A DNA stretch of 63,014 bases, counting the filler, from Asterionella formosa (lineage: Eukaryota), in NCBI GenBank assembly GCA_002256025.1. It is 13 parts of 13 records of this genome, joined end to end, with 100 filler letters (N's around TTAATTAATTAA, not from the genome) between each part and the next. Parts side by side here need not be neighbours in the genome. Positions count along the whole stretch, not along the records: positions 23,245 to 46,371 come from NKIB01002531.1; 12 more parts are not named here. One strand, 5' to 3'. Below, piece by piece: positions 24,126 through 37,465 of this stretch (position 1 is its first letter; the number at the start of each line of letters is the position of its first letter). Position numbers and translations under genes: made by a program. Under the pieces are notes generated by a model that made no database searches, was not told the origin of the DNA, and saw only the letters and a program-made list of their open reading frames with translations.

Positions 24126-24504
24126 TGACGAAAATAAACTAGAAGTAGTAGTATTTGTAGAATATATGAGCTTATTAGTTAATCCTTGTGTGCAACTCGT
24201 TCTCTAAGTCGACACCAAAGTATACAATAGGTGTTAGTCGAGTTCTCTCATTACTGAGTTCTGATATATATGATATAAATCTAACCCTATATAAATCTGC
24301 ATTGATGCGCGGGATCACTCACTCTCCACACCAATGGAAAACGACCTTTTACCTATGAATATTTTGATGCGACGAATATTAATTCATTCCGTAATATGCA
24401 TAGTTTGTTGAAAAGTACCGGTAGCTGTACCATTGGCATGTACTTGAATAATAGAATAAGGACTCATCCACCACAGACATCCAAAGTAGTAGGATTATCC
24501 AATA
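24126..24504 (-). mobile_element. Gypsy 3' fragment: integrase C-terminal tail, PPT and LTR (24126-24321)
   Basis: Colinear and similar to 43554-43923 of the Gypsy element in the same contig. Confidence 0.9.
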
Positions 24505-27500
24505 GCGTCCCACTTTATCTTGGCCCCAATCGTACCACACTCCCAAATGCTTCTTCAAAGGGCCAAGCTCCTTAATTGTGAAGTGTTCCTTGATTTCATT
24601 TTTGAACCATTTAATATCATTTGGCTTTCCAGCAATTGCACAATCATCGACATGTGTGGGAATTATTAGGATTATTGCATTGTTTTCCTTGATGAAGAAT
24701 CCAAATGGATCGACCTTGCTTTGCTGCAATCCAACTTTAGTTAAGTTTTGAACCATCTTCATGAAGAATTGTAGCGCTGCTTGAACTGTGCCATACATGG
24801 CCTTCTCCAACTTAATGCATTTGTTTTTAATTGTTTCTTGTGTTTCGAAACCAAAGTCTAAAACTCCTTTTGGCCATTCAATAAAGATTTGCTCTTCCAT
24901 GTCTCCTTCAAGAAAAGCAGCTTCAACATCAATGATTTCACAAACCCATCGTTTTTCTTCAGACTTATCCCATTTTTATAACGAGAGAGCGAATATCATA
25001 CGCATTGAAGCATCTGTTGCAACTGGAGCAAATGAATCAGTGAAATCCAGTCCTGGGATCTGAATGTAGCCTTTCACTATAATACGTCCTTTGTATCGAA
25101 TACTTTTATCCTGCTCGGATTTCTTCTTGAATCCCCAGCGTGTGCCTAACGGTTTTCTGCCCTTGAGATTGTCACGAGGAACCATTTTCCAAAAATTTCG
25201 CTTTTAGAAATTGTTGATCTCATTTTTAATAGCAACGGTCCACTGCTTGCTCTCATCTCCTTCATAGCCTACTTGTAATGCTTTGGCTCACCAGGATCTG
25301 AAGCAAGAGTAGTAGAATACGCATAGAACCTCTCTACCCCTTCTTCACTTTGAAATAGTTCCTCATCATCTTGATAGGGCGTTTCAGCATAATCGATTTC
25401 TTCAATTGATCCTTTGTCCTTGTCATCTAGTTGTAAGTTGCGCCAAGCACTGGTGCGTTTGCCAGTAACTTATTTCCAACCATCAAGGCGTTTCAATTCC
25501 CATTCAAATTTTGCTTTCTTCAAAGCATCTTTGTTGATCTCATCATCTAACTTCCCCACTGCTTCGGATAGCTGAAATCGTGTTTGTTTCACAAAAGGAA
25601 CAGGTGTTTCCAAATCAATATCCTGCTGGATAGGTGGCACAGCAGGAATAACATCGTCGTCCTGCTTTTCATCGTCAATTGGAATAACAACCACTTCTGT
25701 GTCCCCTTCCACATTGAAATCCCCCCTCAAACTGCGATTGGACTTGTTTGGCCATGCCAATGAGCCCAGCGAATGACTTCTTCTTAACAAAGAAACTCCA
25801 AGATTTTCCGATGTAATCGTCAACAACAAGGATCCAATAGTCATTTCCTAAAATCGATTTTTTATATGGACCGCTGATATCTTTGCACAAACGTTCGCCC
25901 GGTTGAGTAGCCTTGCTCATAGTCATTTTAGGAACACTTTTTGCTTTAGCCTTAGCTAGCGCACATCCTTCACATATATACATCACACCTGTCATTTTGA
26001 TATCAAGCGATTTCATAGTAGCCCGCAATGTTGCTTCCCCAATATGTTTGTATTAAGCGTGAGCTTCATTAATGTCCGTACTGGTCAATTTCGTTGTGAT
26101 GACCTCTGCAAATAAGATATCAGTCCCACTGGGTAAATTCCACGAGTTTCTTGGAAATAGTACAAATCATCCGAATGATCACATTTGAAATCTAGCGTCT
26201 CAGTTTTTCCCGCTTTTGTCAAAGTCATTTTGTTGTGCTTCATACCAAGTTCGTATTTACCATCACGTACAAAAGTACCAATGCTGATTATTTTTTTATG
26301 AAAGGTAGGTGTATATAGGACATTCTTAAGCAAGATTGTCTCATTGGTTACTTTGTTTCGCACGCAGACATCTCCGCGTTCCTTGCAAATGACTTCTTTA
26401 CCATCAACTACAACAACAATGCGCACATTTACTGCTTTCACATTTGTCATATACTTATTGGACATAGTAATATGACTGGTTGCGCCTGTATCAGCTAACC
26501 AACGTTCATTTTCCTCGATTGATGCGCAAATTTTACTCTCACTATTTTTGATGCTTGCAGGGTGTGCGTGATTGATCTCTTCATCCACAATTTCAACCGT
26601 CACTCCAATAAATGCATATTCTGTTTCTTCGCATGTAGTGTAGACCTTTGTGTCTTCAACATATTCATAATCAAATAACTTCTTGTTGTTCTTAGTCAAG
26701 GCAATTATTTCAAAATCATCATTTGTATCAGACTTTTCTTCATGAATTTCGATCATTTCAACAATACCAACAAACATTCCAGTTTCTTTTCTTCAGGACA
26801 ATCCTTAGCAATGTGACCTGCATACTTGTTGCAATTGAAACACTTGACACCTTTGCCTTTCGTTTCTTTGTTTGCGCCTGCTGTATTGTTCTTGGATCGG
26901 CAGCCGGCTGCCTTGTGTCCTTGTTTTCCACAATTCTTGCATAGTCCCTTGAATCTACCATTTGCAGACAAAGCAATCTCGTTGGTATTTAAATCCTTGA
27001 ACTTCCTTTTGTAGAATGCACGAAGTTTAGATTTCAAATCTGATAAAGTATTAGTACCCAGCATTCCTTCAATAACAGTAATGGCTTCACTGTACTCTTT
27101 AGGTAACTTTTTCATCATGTGCGCAATGACTTCAACCTCTTTCTTTTCAAATGATGTATCAATTTGTCGCATTCTGTTCTTGATGTTATCGAGAGCAATG
27201 AACCATTCATCTGGGTCTGCTTTAGTACTCTCCAAAGTACAATTGTTGAATTCACCTGTTAGCTGAATCAAATCAGTAACTTGATGAGGAGCATATCGAT
27301 CCTCCAAATACTGCCAGGCATGAAAAGCATCTCCATCCATCAAATCATCTGTCTTGGCAGAGTTCACAATCCCAAATTCAATCCCACTGACACTATAAGA
27401 ATCAATAGCTGATATGCCTTGTCATTCAACTCGTACTTCTTCTTCTTGTCATCATCAGTAGACACCAAATAGGCATCATCATCGATTGGCTTCGTGTCTT

Positions 27501-27770
27501 TGGCATAAACATGCCTAAAACCTGTAGATTTCTCAAGCTGAAGAGTCTTGATACTCCACTCATGCCGGGCCATTTTGCTTCCATCAAACTTGATCCAGCG
27601 AACAGTCTCACCTGATTTCTCATCGGCCGTAACCATGTCTCTAGATCTGTAGGTTCGTTTTAAAACGTGTTAAATTGTCTAGTTGAAATATCACAGATCT
27701 TACTTTAAGATCACTAAAGCTGAACACGAATTTTGAATTCTCGACTCATTGGATTCCATATATTTTTTCA
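24505..27770 (-). mobile_element. Degenerate Ty1/Copia retrotransposon (gag with 2 zinc knuckles, protease, deleted integrase, truncated RT)
   Basis: CKNCGKQGHKAAGC and CFNCNKYAGHIAKDC; protease WLADTGATSHIT; integrase CEGCALAK..DISGP with the core deleted; RT YKGRIIVKGYIQIPGLDF..LEKAMYGTVQAA..THVDD. Possible short LTR at 27668-27770. Confidence 0.95.
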
Positions 27771-27942
27771 GTAGTATACCGGTAATATGCTTTTTTATAA
27801 TTAAAATGGAGACTTTCATACAGGTCTGATTGGTCTTTGTGCTTGTGGAATACACATCGTTCTGCTTTGACGGGTTGATCACTTGTATCCCTACCGTTAC
27901 TTTGTCCTTGTTTGTCTTCGATACACTAGAAGGGAAATTAAA

Positions 27943-29271
27943 ATGATTGAAAATAAAGTCAATGCTCACGATGATAACGATTCAGACGACGAACACAATG
28001 AGACTGTCGGACTTCTGTCATCATCCCATTCGAGTCGTGAAGGACCGAAACCTGATGAGAGCCTTTTTGAGCTTCAAAAGAAAAATCGGCTGCGTCCTAT
28101 AGAGATAATGGAGTTCAAAACTCACAAGAAGCTACGCTTTATCGATAAAGAAGTCGTCATCTCGAGAATTGGGATGCTCATGCTATTTGTATCGGTACTT
28201 TACGTCGTATGGTGGTGGTCCGGCAACGAGGCTGGTACCGAATTATCAGTGGAACGGTGGCATAAATTGAAAATAAATGATATCAAACAATGGTGTCTTG
28301 ATGTAAGTAAATTTGATATCGCTTTGTAGGGCTGAGAAGGTTCGACAACTCAAGTTTTTTCACCATTTAGCCGAAAGCCTCGTGCACGTGTGCAAATCCA
28401 TTGGGAGCACGACATCGGAAAAACTACAAAACATGGTCATTGGCCCATATTGGTAATATAAAGGCTGCTTTGAACGCAGATTCAGTGGATGTCGTCTTTT
28501 TGGGGGACTCGATTACAGAAGGTTGGGGAGGAACGAGTCTGGGAAAATCAGTGAAAGAAAAAGAAGCCAATGCCGAAGTCTTCAAATCTCTTTTTCATTT
28601 AGATAAAGGAGCCGAATTCCAGGGCCTACCATTGGGTATTGCTGGTGATAAGGTGAGTTGAACTGCATCTTTCTTTTAGCACTTAACATGAATTGTCACT
28701 TAACGGATTGTAGACATTTCACTTGTTGTGGAGAATAAATAATGGAGAGATTCCCGATACTTTGCAGCCATCGGTGTGGTGGATATTGATTGGCACAAAC
28801 GACTTCTTGAAACAAGATCATTGCTCTCCTGAAGTAGTTCTGATGGGAATCAAACGAGTTGTGGAACAAATGCGAATTTTGCGGCCTGGATCAACCATTG
28901 TAATTAATTCCTTGCTTCCCCGATCGACAGAAGAATTGAAGGGAAAGCTAGTAGATCCTGACCATCCTGACCAAAAAACTGTTTGGGAGGGTATCATGGA
29001 AGTTAATCGTGGTCTTCGTACATACTCCAAGAGGTATTTCAATGTAGTCTATTTTGATGCAACAGACATTTTTGTGGAACAAAGTGACAGTCATTCTGGA
29101 ATTGAAGGTATGTTCATTTCCAAATCCTTGATGGCTGATTTCTTGCACCCAACTCCAGAAGGCTACAGACAATGGGGAGAAAGCATGGTGGATGCAATCC
29201 ATGAAATACTTGATGCCAGTAAGTCAAGAATGGGCAGGAAACCATTGCCTCACAAATGGCATGGCAACTAG
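27943..29271 (+). CDS. Membrane-anchored SGNH/GDSL hydrolase (PAF-acetylhydrolase Ib-like); 3 exons (27943-28302, 28371-28652, 28714-29271)
   Basis: VVFLGDSITEGW, LGIAGD, ILIGTND and DFLHP motifs. Two phase-0 GT-AG introns keep the frame. TM helix in exon 1. Confidence 0.92.
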
Positions 29272-29439
29272 TTATAGAAAGTATCAGCCAAAGACAAAAA
29301 TACTCCAATTCAAGTAGGTTGACTGCTATGTGTGATCAGACTACCAGTACCACTTCTATGCCTATATATATACATATATAGTTGGCAAACAAATCTTAAA
29401 GTACGCTTTTATTGAAACTCAAATCTAATGGAGTACTTT

Positions 29440-30720
29440 GAGTCGCACTAGGGCCCATATGGGTCCCAAGGGCATGACAAGTGAGGGTGATTCCATGGAG
29501 GAACTCTTAGGAGTTGCAGTTTGGAGGTAAAACAACCGTAGAGATTGTGAGCTAGGGCAAGGAGCCCATTCTGGGGCTCTTAGAGGGTTTGGAGTCATGT
29601 GAGAAAAGTTGAGGGAAAAGCGAGCAGACTGGAAGGCCAATTTGGGAGAGTAATTTTGAAAACAGAATCCAGGAGTTGGTAGAATCAGTATGAGGAGTGT
29701 AGTATCTCAATGAAGACATGCTGATAAGAGAGCAAGAGTGAAGTGTCTTGGATGACACAGAAAGTATTTTTGGCAAACTGTATGCCATTTCGGCTAATTT
29801 GAATTGAGAAGCCTGGCAGTCGATTGCCAGGATGAAATGTAGTAGGCAGAACAAGGTTGAAGCACATCCGATGGAATCCATTGGCTGGAGTGCATGCAGA
29901 GTAAGTCGAGGTCGGATCAGCAAAGATATAGGGGTGGAAAAGATAAAGTAAGATGACACTGCGATGAGGGGAGTGGGCGATTTCAGCTGGAAGGAGCACT
30001 TCTGCTTCTTGTTTCGCATGTTAATGACAGAGAGAGGGATGAGTGCAATGAGTGAGAGAGGATGAGGGAGAGAAGGAGGCGGGATGGTGCTTGAAGTAGG
30101 AGCCTAATGTAGGAGGCATTCATGTCCAGATGTCAAGCTTTGACTTCTTATTTGCGCATTTGGGCGCTTTCTTTTGTGGAGTGTCGACAGGAGCGAAGCG
30201 GTTAATGTTATCCATAGGAGTGTTGCTCGGAGGGGCAGCAGCGCATGCTGCCTTGTCCAAGGACACCATGGTGAGGGCGGAAAATTCAGCAGCAGCACGT
30301 AGGGAGGGCCGTAGGGCCAGTGCTAGTGTAGAGGGTGTAAACACCAGAAAGTTGCAAGTTGCATTGTTAAAAAAGGGAGCGCATATATATATCCACATGT
30401 ATCCTCTTTAATGATGATGAAATTTTTGGATAATCAAAAGTATCTTTGGTAATTCCAATTCTATCATTGGCACCGGACAGGCACTTAAATTCAAATCCAA
30501 AGAGGACAGGAAAAATTCAACCTTGAAATCTATGATGGTTTCATGCTGGTGGCTCAACTCATTGTAGTGTTAAAGAAATAAAGTTTGGGTCATTATTTTC
30601 TGTAAAATCAGTTGAGCTAAACATGGAAATGTGAAGGTGTGAATCGATAAGTAGAATTTCAAGCATACATTATAGAACCTTGACTACTGTGGAGTTTGTT
30701 GGATCACACTGAGGTACAAA
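29440..30720 (-). pseudogene. Decayed coding-like sequence, possibly a non-LTR retrotransposon ORF1
   Basis: Overlapping broken ORFs on a strongly C/T-skewed minus strand. No diagnostic motif. Confidence 0.25.
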
Positions 30721-31409
30721 GCGCCTGGTCAGACTGAACTATAGGTAGATTGGATTGGAAGGACAGCAGGGAAGAGTGCAGTGGATGAGATGCTGATGGA
30801 TGGAGCCCTGTTGACAGTGGTTATAGCATGGTTCGGAAACTGTTTTTTTTCAGAAAATTTTTCTTTAAAATTTACATTTGAACCTGTAGCTCGACCTACC
30901 GTTAACAATTGATTCAGAGTAATCAAACAGACACTTTTTACGAGTAAACCAAAAGTATAACTCTAAACTGAGCTTTCACAATTTGGCTTCTTTACCACAT
31001 GCATAGATACAGTCATTGGTGAAAGTATTGGTACAGTTCAACTTTATTCATTGTCAGGATTGTCAGGATATAGGATTTGTGGAGAAAGTGCTGCAGAAAG
31101 GAACTTCCATCTTCATTTTGCTAAAAAAGACTAGAAGATTCAGGGGAAATCGGTTTTTTGGGCATAGTTCAAAAACCAAAGTTCCTTTCTGGCCTTTCTC
31201 GCCAGAAGTTACCTTCTGATGTTACATTTGCTTACACTAAAATAGAACTAAAGTGCTTTCAACCAAAATTACAATTTATCTGACCCTTTTTTCAAGCAGT
31301 GGGCACAAATTGTTAGATTTTTCAAACTTAAAAGTTTTCAGCTGTTCTTAAGTCGGAATATATCTGTAGGTTCTGGGAATGAGCAACAGGAAGGTCCGGT
31401 AGCGCACAT

Positions 31410-31870
31410 ACTATGGCTGGATGCATCATGAAACTACATTGGGTAGCCATCGTACCTATCGGTACAAAATAATTCTGTCTACCAGTACAACATAATTTTA
31501 GCGTAAGTAAAATGTTCTATATAAATGACACACATATGCATAAAGTTTATATACACATGCATCCGTAATCTCCTTGTTGTTGTCGTTGCATTCATTCATG
31601 ATGAACATGAAATCGAAGTCCATTGTGCAGCGATGGGTGTGAAATCGTTGTTGTATCTTCATTGCAACTTCTACATGATCTACATTTGAGAGATTCCTGT
31701 ACAGTTTCAACTCCAGCTTGCCCACTTTAAAGCTCAAGAGTGTGAAACCAATGGTCATGTAGGCGTGGATCTCCTTGCCCCAAAAAAATAAGTTCATATA
31801 AAAAACAAATTGTGTCGTCCCATGCCGCTTCCGGTGTTTAATAGTAGCGCTACTCATGGAGGAAAGAAAT
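31410..31870 (-). repeat. Dispersed repeat, inverted homolog of ~36030-36510
   Basis: attcctgtacagtttcaactccag (~31693) matches ctggagttgaaactgtacaggaat (~36218), with further colinear blocks. Confidence 0.8.
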
Positions 31871-33949
31871 CTATTTGAAGCGGCACAGGAGAATGTTCTA
31901 TTGTTGAGTAAAACAACAGAATAAGAACAACATGGTGGACCATCCAGGCGCAAAATATTATATACCACAGGTTTAGGGTTTATGCTAATACTAGGCCTAC
32001 TGGGCGGGTCTACCCGGTGGCCCCAAAAAATTGCATCCAGCCATATGCACATAGTTTCAGTTCCGTTGATATCCCAATGGATCATCTCATGCCTGCAGGA
32101 CGAGATAGGCCAGCTTTCGATGAAAATAATATTCCTTAAGTAATTTAGGAAAACGTTACTCTTATTGACCGATGACAATTTGCAGAATCAGTCTCTGAAC
32201 ACGACTCAGATTTCCTGACTGATAAACAGTCTCAGCAAACCGTCTTCTAGCTTCGAAATCAACATAGGAATCCTACTTTTCTACGTTTAGAACTTGCTGA
32301 AAATGACTAGAAACTGCTGACTACAACTAGAATCTGCTGACTACAAATAGAACTTTCTGACAGCGACCAGAATTTGCTGACAACAATTACCAGCAGTAGA
32401 ACTTGCGAATAAGAATAGATTTTGTGAATGACCCTAATGCATTTGAAGTATATACATGAACAAACACAACCAATACCCCCTGATAGCCTTGCCAATAATA
32501 CTACATTAAGCATATGTAACGTCATATCTATATATATATATGGTCACAGTCATTATCATTCCAGATGCAACAGCCTACCGGGGTACCGAGATACTACCTG
32601 GTACCGTCTTTGCAATATCATAAATATCACTTATCATGTACTGGTCTACTGTATACTATTGCTACATATGATATATATTTTCACGGTATGTACATGGTAC
32701 CTGGTCCCCGAGGCTACACACGCTAGGATATAATTATTTAGCCTATAAATTGCGGGATTTCTTTATGTATATATATGCATTTAGTGTAGCTCTTGTGCGC
32801 GGCTGGAGAATCCTGCATCATGTCGTCTCCGCCTTGACCATGTCGAAAACAACAAATTTCACAATGTAAAATGAAAACGACGCTATGCTATTTGGTAAAT
32901 ATATCTAACAACATAAATAATACAATCGTAAAAATAAATGTAATAGCATTATGACAACAATTTGAAGTCGCCGAAGGCGCTTTGCCTCACATAGTTTAGA
33001 TGATGCACATTTCAAAACGACAAGTTATAAACAGATTTGACACTTTCTCAGTACTTTGCAACACGCTACACTAAGATAATCTGTGGGCTGAACCAAATTT
33101 TGTTTGATTCTCTATTTAGGTAATGTCTATTAATAATAGTCCATAGACATTTTCAAAATGACTCATTGTTTAGCTATGATTGCTGATCCAGTTGGCAACT
33201 ACGAAGTACATGCGACTACTAGAAATCTGCTGACAACGACTAGAAACTGCTGACTAAGAATAGAAACTGCTGACCACAAATAGAAATTGCTGACTACGAC
33301 TAGAAGTTATTGATTGGCTGGTGAATTCCATTAGCAAACCGTCATCCAGTTGCTGAATACCATTACCAGTAGAGTAGTAGGTGAGCACGATTTCGATGAT
33401 TAGCACACGACTTGGATTTAATGGATGATAATTTAACATTGACGAAAGTTACTTAAGAGATTTTGGAATGAATAGCCAGCCTATCTCATCCAGCAGGCAT
33501 GACACAATCTAAATGGAGTGCGTCGAAACTGAAAGGTGCGCATAGACCGTGCGCTACGGGAACTTCCAGGAAGAGGCAAAAGTACTTGTTACATACCAGG
33601 GTACCATAGCAGGTACCAGGTGCCAGGTACCACCTCCTGCACCGCAACATGATGTATGCATCTTATCAGATATGTATATAACGAATGTGTATATTTATAA
33701 ATGTATAATTTATAACACCACATCAGCAAATATATTTGTTTATGTAGAGGAATGTACCAGGTTCCTGGAACCGGTACGGTACCGTTATTAGATGATTCAG
33801 TTGTATTACATGGTACCCTGGTACCGTACTACTGTTACGCCCTCAGTTATATTCATTGCTTAATACACGTGTACACGTTAAAGTTCATACTAACAGGTAT
33901 TGCTTGATACCCTGTCACTCCCTCCAAGAATACTGCCCATGAAATAATC

Positions 33950-34595
33950 ATGTCATGGGAACGGTCGCGATCTATCCCTTGGGATAGAATCAAGCAAGAT
34001 GTCGAAGATCCTGATGCGCACAAAGCCCTGGTCATTCGAGACCTCCAACGTGAGGCAATTCAAGACGAGCCTGAAACGGATGGAATCAGTGGGTCATCAG
34101 GTATAAAGTCCGTTGCTTTTTCTACCGGTGACCTTTTGAAGCAAGCTGCTTTCGGCGCATGTATTGGAGGTATCACTGGTGCGGTTTTCGGGTTCATGGA
34201 TGGCATGAGGACAGCCGGGGAGTCGTCAGTTCTACAGAGGGCTTCGAACGTTGCAAAAGGAAAGTACTTGTTACAGGGAACTACTAGATCTGCAACTTTA
34301 TTTGGAGTCTTTTTCAGTGGATTTCACTTGGTACGTACCCTAAAGGTTCATTCCTAGATGACATCGAAAGCCTCTGGGAACAACTGTCCATTTCCTCTAA
34401 TCATTTTGTTATCAGGTTAAGTATGGACTCAAAGTAGCATTCGATCCCGGTGAATTTACTCAAATCGGGGTGGCGGGCGCTGTTTCGATGGGGGCTCTGG
34501 TGGCTAAGCCATCGTGGAGGCCATCTATTCCGTATGCTGGGATGTTGATTGTGATGGATAGTTTTCAAATCATTATGAAGGAGTTTGAGAAGTAA
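33950..34595 (+). CDS. Tim17/Tim22/Tim23-Mgr2/Romo1 family membrane protein; 2 exons (33950-34330, 34416-34595)
   Basis: GxxxG-rich 'GACIGGITGAVFGFMDG..SATLFGVFFSGF'. A GTACGT..CAG intron joins it in frame to a 59-aa hydrophobic exon. Confidence 0.8.
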
Positions 34596-34727
34596 CATTA
34601 AGAGGGTGATATGTTAGCTTAAAAATTAAGGAAACCATGCGCTACATATTGCTCGTCATCGCTTGAATCAAGTTTACAACTCGAAAACTTGACAGAAATT
34701 CACTAGACCTGCACATGGCTGGCTTAT

Positions 34728-35057
34728 TTACCCCTTGTTTTGTTTCTGACTAGCAGCCGCAGCTAACTCAGTGTTTCTCTCTACGGCAACTTCCTTTCTC
34801 ACCTCCTTCGTTGGCGAAACATCATCCCAAACAAAGATGAGATTGTAAAGCTCAATTGGCCATTCCTGTGTGACTCTTTCCCAAGTTATGATAGGAGCAG
34901 GGGAATCGAGATCAATTCTCCATTCGACCCCAGGATATTTCTTCCGGTACGCGGCAATTCCAGCCCACGCCACGCCGAACATAGCGACTTGACAATAGAG
35001 CAAACCTAACCAAAATCTATCTTCCGCCTTGCGTCCGATCAGTCGTCGTTGGATCAT
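34728..35057 (-). CDS. Small hypothetical single-pass membrane protein
   Basis: 109-aa ORF with aacaATG context, one TM segment, convergent with the Tim17-like gene. Confidence 0.55.
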   Translation of the reverse strand: MIQRRLIGRKAEDRFWLGLLYCQVAMFGVAWAGIAAYRKKYPGVEWRIDLDSPAPIITWERVTQEWPIELYNLIFVWDDVSPTKEVRKEVAVERNTELAAAASQKQNKG

Positions 35058-35337
35058 TGTTTACGTTGCTTTGAAAAAGAAAGTGAAACGTAATTGAGAG
35101 CGGCATGTATCGTTTGTTCCCATGTATGGTTTTAAATAGTATTCCCCCTTGCATCATGCATACTTCACACGCATACCGGTAGCTATGTTAATGAATATTT
35201 ATGATTCCGGTATCATGTATCATCTATATTGTATGGTCATGCAACGTGGTAACCTCCAAGCTTACGATGAATGTACCTTACCAGTACCTCGTATTATGCA
35301 TAAAAACATCTACCGTATATGCACAATTAGAGCATGG

Positions 35338-37310
35338 TGCAAGTTGCATTAATTTTGCCAAACTAAGGATTTAGCTTGCTTTATCCCATATTAAATTGTT
35401 TATTTAAGCAAAATGACCGCATTTGGTTGTTCTACCTGCAAGTTGCGGTCATTTTCCTGAAACGGACAACATGTTACCGGACAGCGACATATTTTATCAT
35501 ATATAAAGAACAACTTCTATTAATAGCACGATTCAGCGAAAAAAATAGCGGAATTCTTCTAATCGCAAAAACGGAAACAAACAGCATATGACTATGACTT
35601 TCAGGAAATTCCTGTGATTTTCAGGAAACTTCAGGAAACGTAAGGAAATGCGTAAAGAAGAAATGCATGGAATTTCCTGAAGCCTCCAAAATTAGTTTTT
35701 TCTGGCCAAAAACAAGAAAAACCGCAAATCCTTTGTTCTGGATTTAACGTACCAGGTACCCTACCGGTAATAGTTAGGATCATTTGAAATACCTATAGTT
35801 GTGTTATTAACTATTATATATATCTATATATATATTTACTCTGTACAGAGTAGTCTTCATGTATGGCTGGCTGCAATTTTTGGGGCACGACATAGACCCC
35901 GCCATACATAGGGCTAGTATAAGCAAAACCCCTGACCCTACTGTGTATAATGTTTTGCGCCTATTAACCCATGTTAAAATCACATTGACCATGTTGGTAT
36001 TATTCTGTTGATTTACTCAACAATTTAAAAACCTCCCATGCCGCTTGATTTATCAACATAACCGCCATGAGAAGCGCTATCAGTAAACGCATCAAACAGC
36101 GCAGGATCACACGATTTGGTTCATATGCGACCTAGTTTGTGTTGAGCACAGCAAAAATTCACCTATATGACCAACCAATTCACGTGCAAGAGCTCTTGAG
36201 CTTGACAGTGGGCTATCTGGAGTTGAAACTGTACAGGAATGCCTCACATATGGTCCTACAGGAGTTACAATTAAGCTACTACAACGCTTTCACAGCCATC
36301 GCTGTGCAATGGACTTCGATTTCAAGTTCATCATAAATGAACTCAACCACGACAACAACGTGATCGGATGGTGAAATTATTAAAATGTAGTATACATTAC
36401 ATTTATTCATATGTATGTTGTTTATGTACAAAATTTTACTTAAGCTAAAAACATTTGTTATATTCGTAGCAATGATAGCTACCTAATGTTTCAGGATGCA
36501 CTCAGCCATATAGCATTTTACACTGCCTGGTACCTGGTACCGGAGTACCAGGTACCATGATCATACAAAGTGTAGCAGAGTTTCCCGGTAAAATATACGA
36601 CCAGCAATTTTTGAAACCCTGATACAGTACAATTCTATTTTGTGATTCTCAACATCACGCTTCCTCCCGGCTTTCCCTTCCTCGTGAGTTTCTTCACATG
36701 CGTCTTCTTATTGGTGGAAAAAGTCAAAACTACATATGGGTATACCGGTTTATATATATATAATAGTTAGTAACACCACTACCGGTATTTCAATTGATCC
36801 TAACTATTGCCGATAGGGAATCTTGTATAGTACTTTAAATCCAGAATGAACGATATGCTGTATTTCACTTTGGCCAGAAAAACTATATTTTGGAGAATTT
36901 CAGGCATTTCCTTGAGTTTCCTGCAAGTTGCGGTAATTTTACTGAACTAAGGATTAAGCTCTCTTTATCCCATATTAAATTGTTTATTTAAGGAAAATGA
37001 CCGCATTTGGTTGTTCTACCTGCAAGTTGCGGTCATTTTCCTGAAACGGACAGCATGTTCCCGGACAGCGACATATTTTATCATATATAAAGAACATCTT
37101 CTATTCATAGCACGATTCAGCGAAAAAATAGCGGAATTCTTCTAATCGCCAAAACGAGAACACAAAGCATATGACTACGACTTTCAGGAAATGCCTATGA
37201 CTATCAGGAAACTTAAGGAAATTTCAGGAATGTAAGGAAATGCGTAAGGAAATTTCAGGAAATGGATGGAATTTCCTGAAGTCTCCAAAAATAGTTTTTT
37301 CTGGCGCTTT
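35338..37310. repeat. Composite repeat: ~370-bp direct repeats (35338-35705 / 36922-37305) and ~125-bp inverted repeats (35670-35793 / 36783-36912)
   Basis: Near-identical blocks such as aaaatgaccgcatttggttgttctacctgcaagttgcggtcatttt. The inverted pair is tagttaggatca / tgatcctaacta. Confidence 0.85.
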
Positions 37311-37465
37311 TTAGTTTTTGAAATAGTGAGAATTGACAGAAAAAGGTCAATATTGAAAACTAGCGAGAAGGCTAGCAATGATAGGTATAAATACCAGTAC
37401 TACAACAGATAAGTTCTACGTAAGCAGATACCCGTCAGACAGGAAGGAGTACAAAGCTTTTTATC

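Noticed and set aside
31498..32178. 226-aa ORF as a gene
   Set aside because: It overlaps a dispersed repeat whose other copy is not open, has a non-ATG start and shows no recognisable motif.
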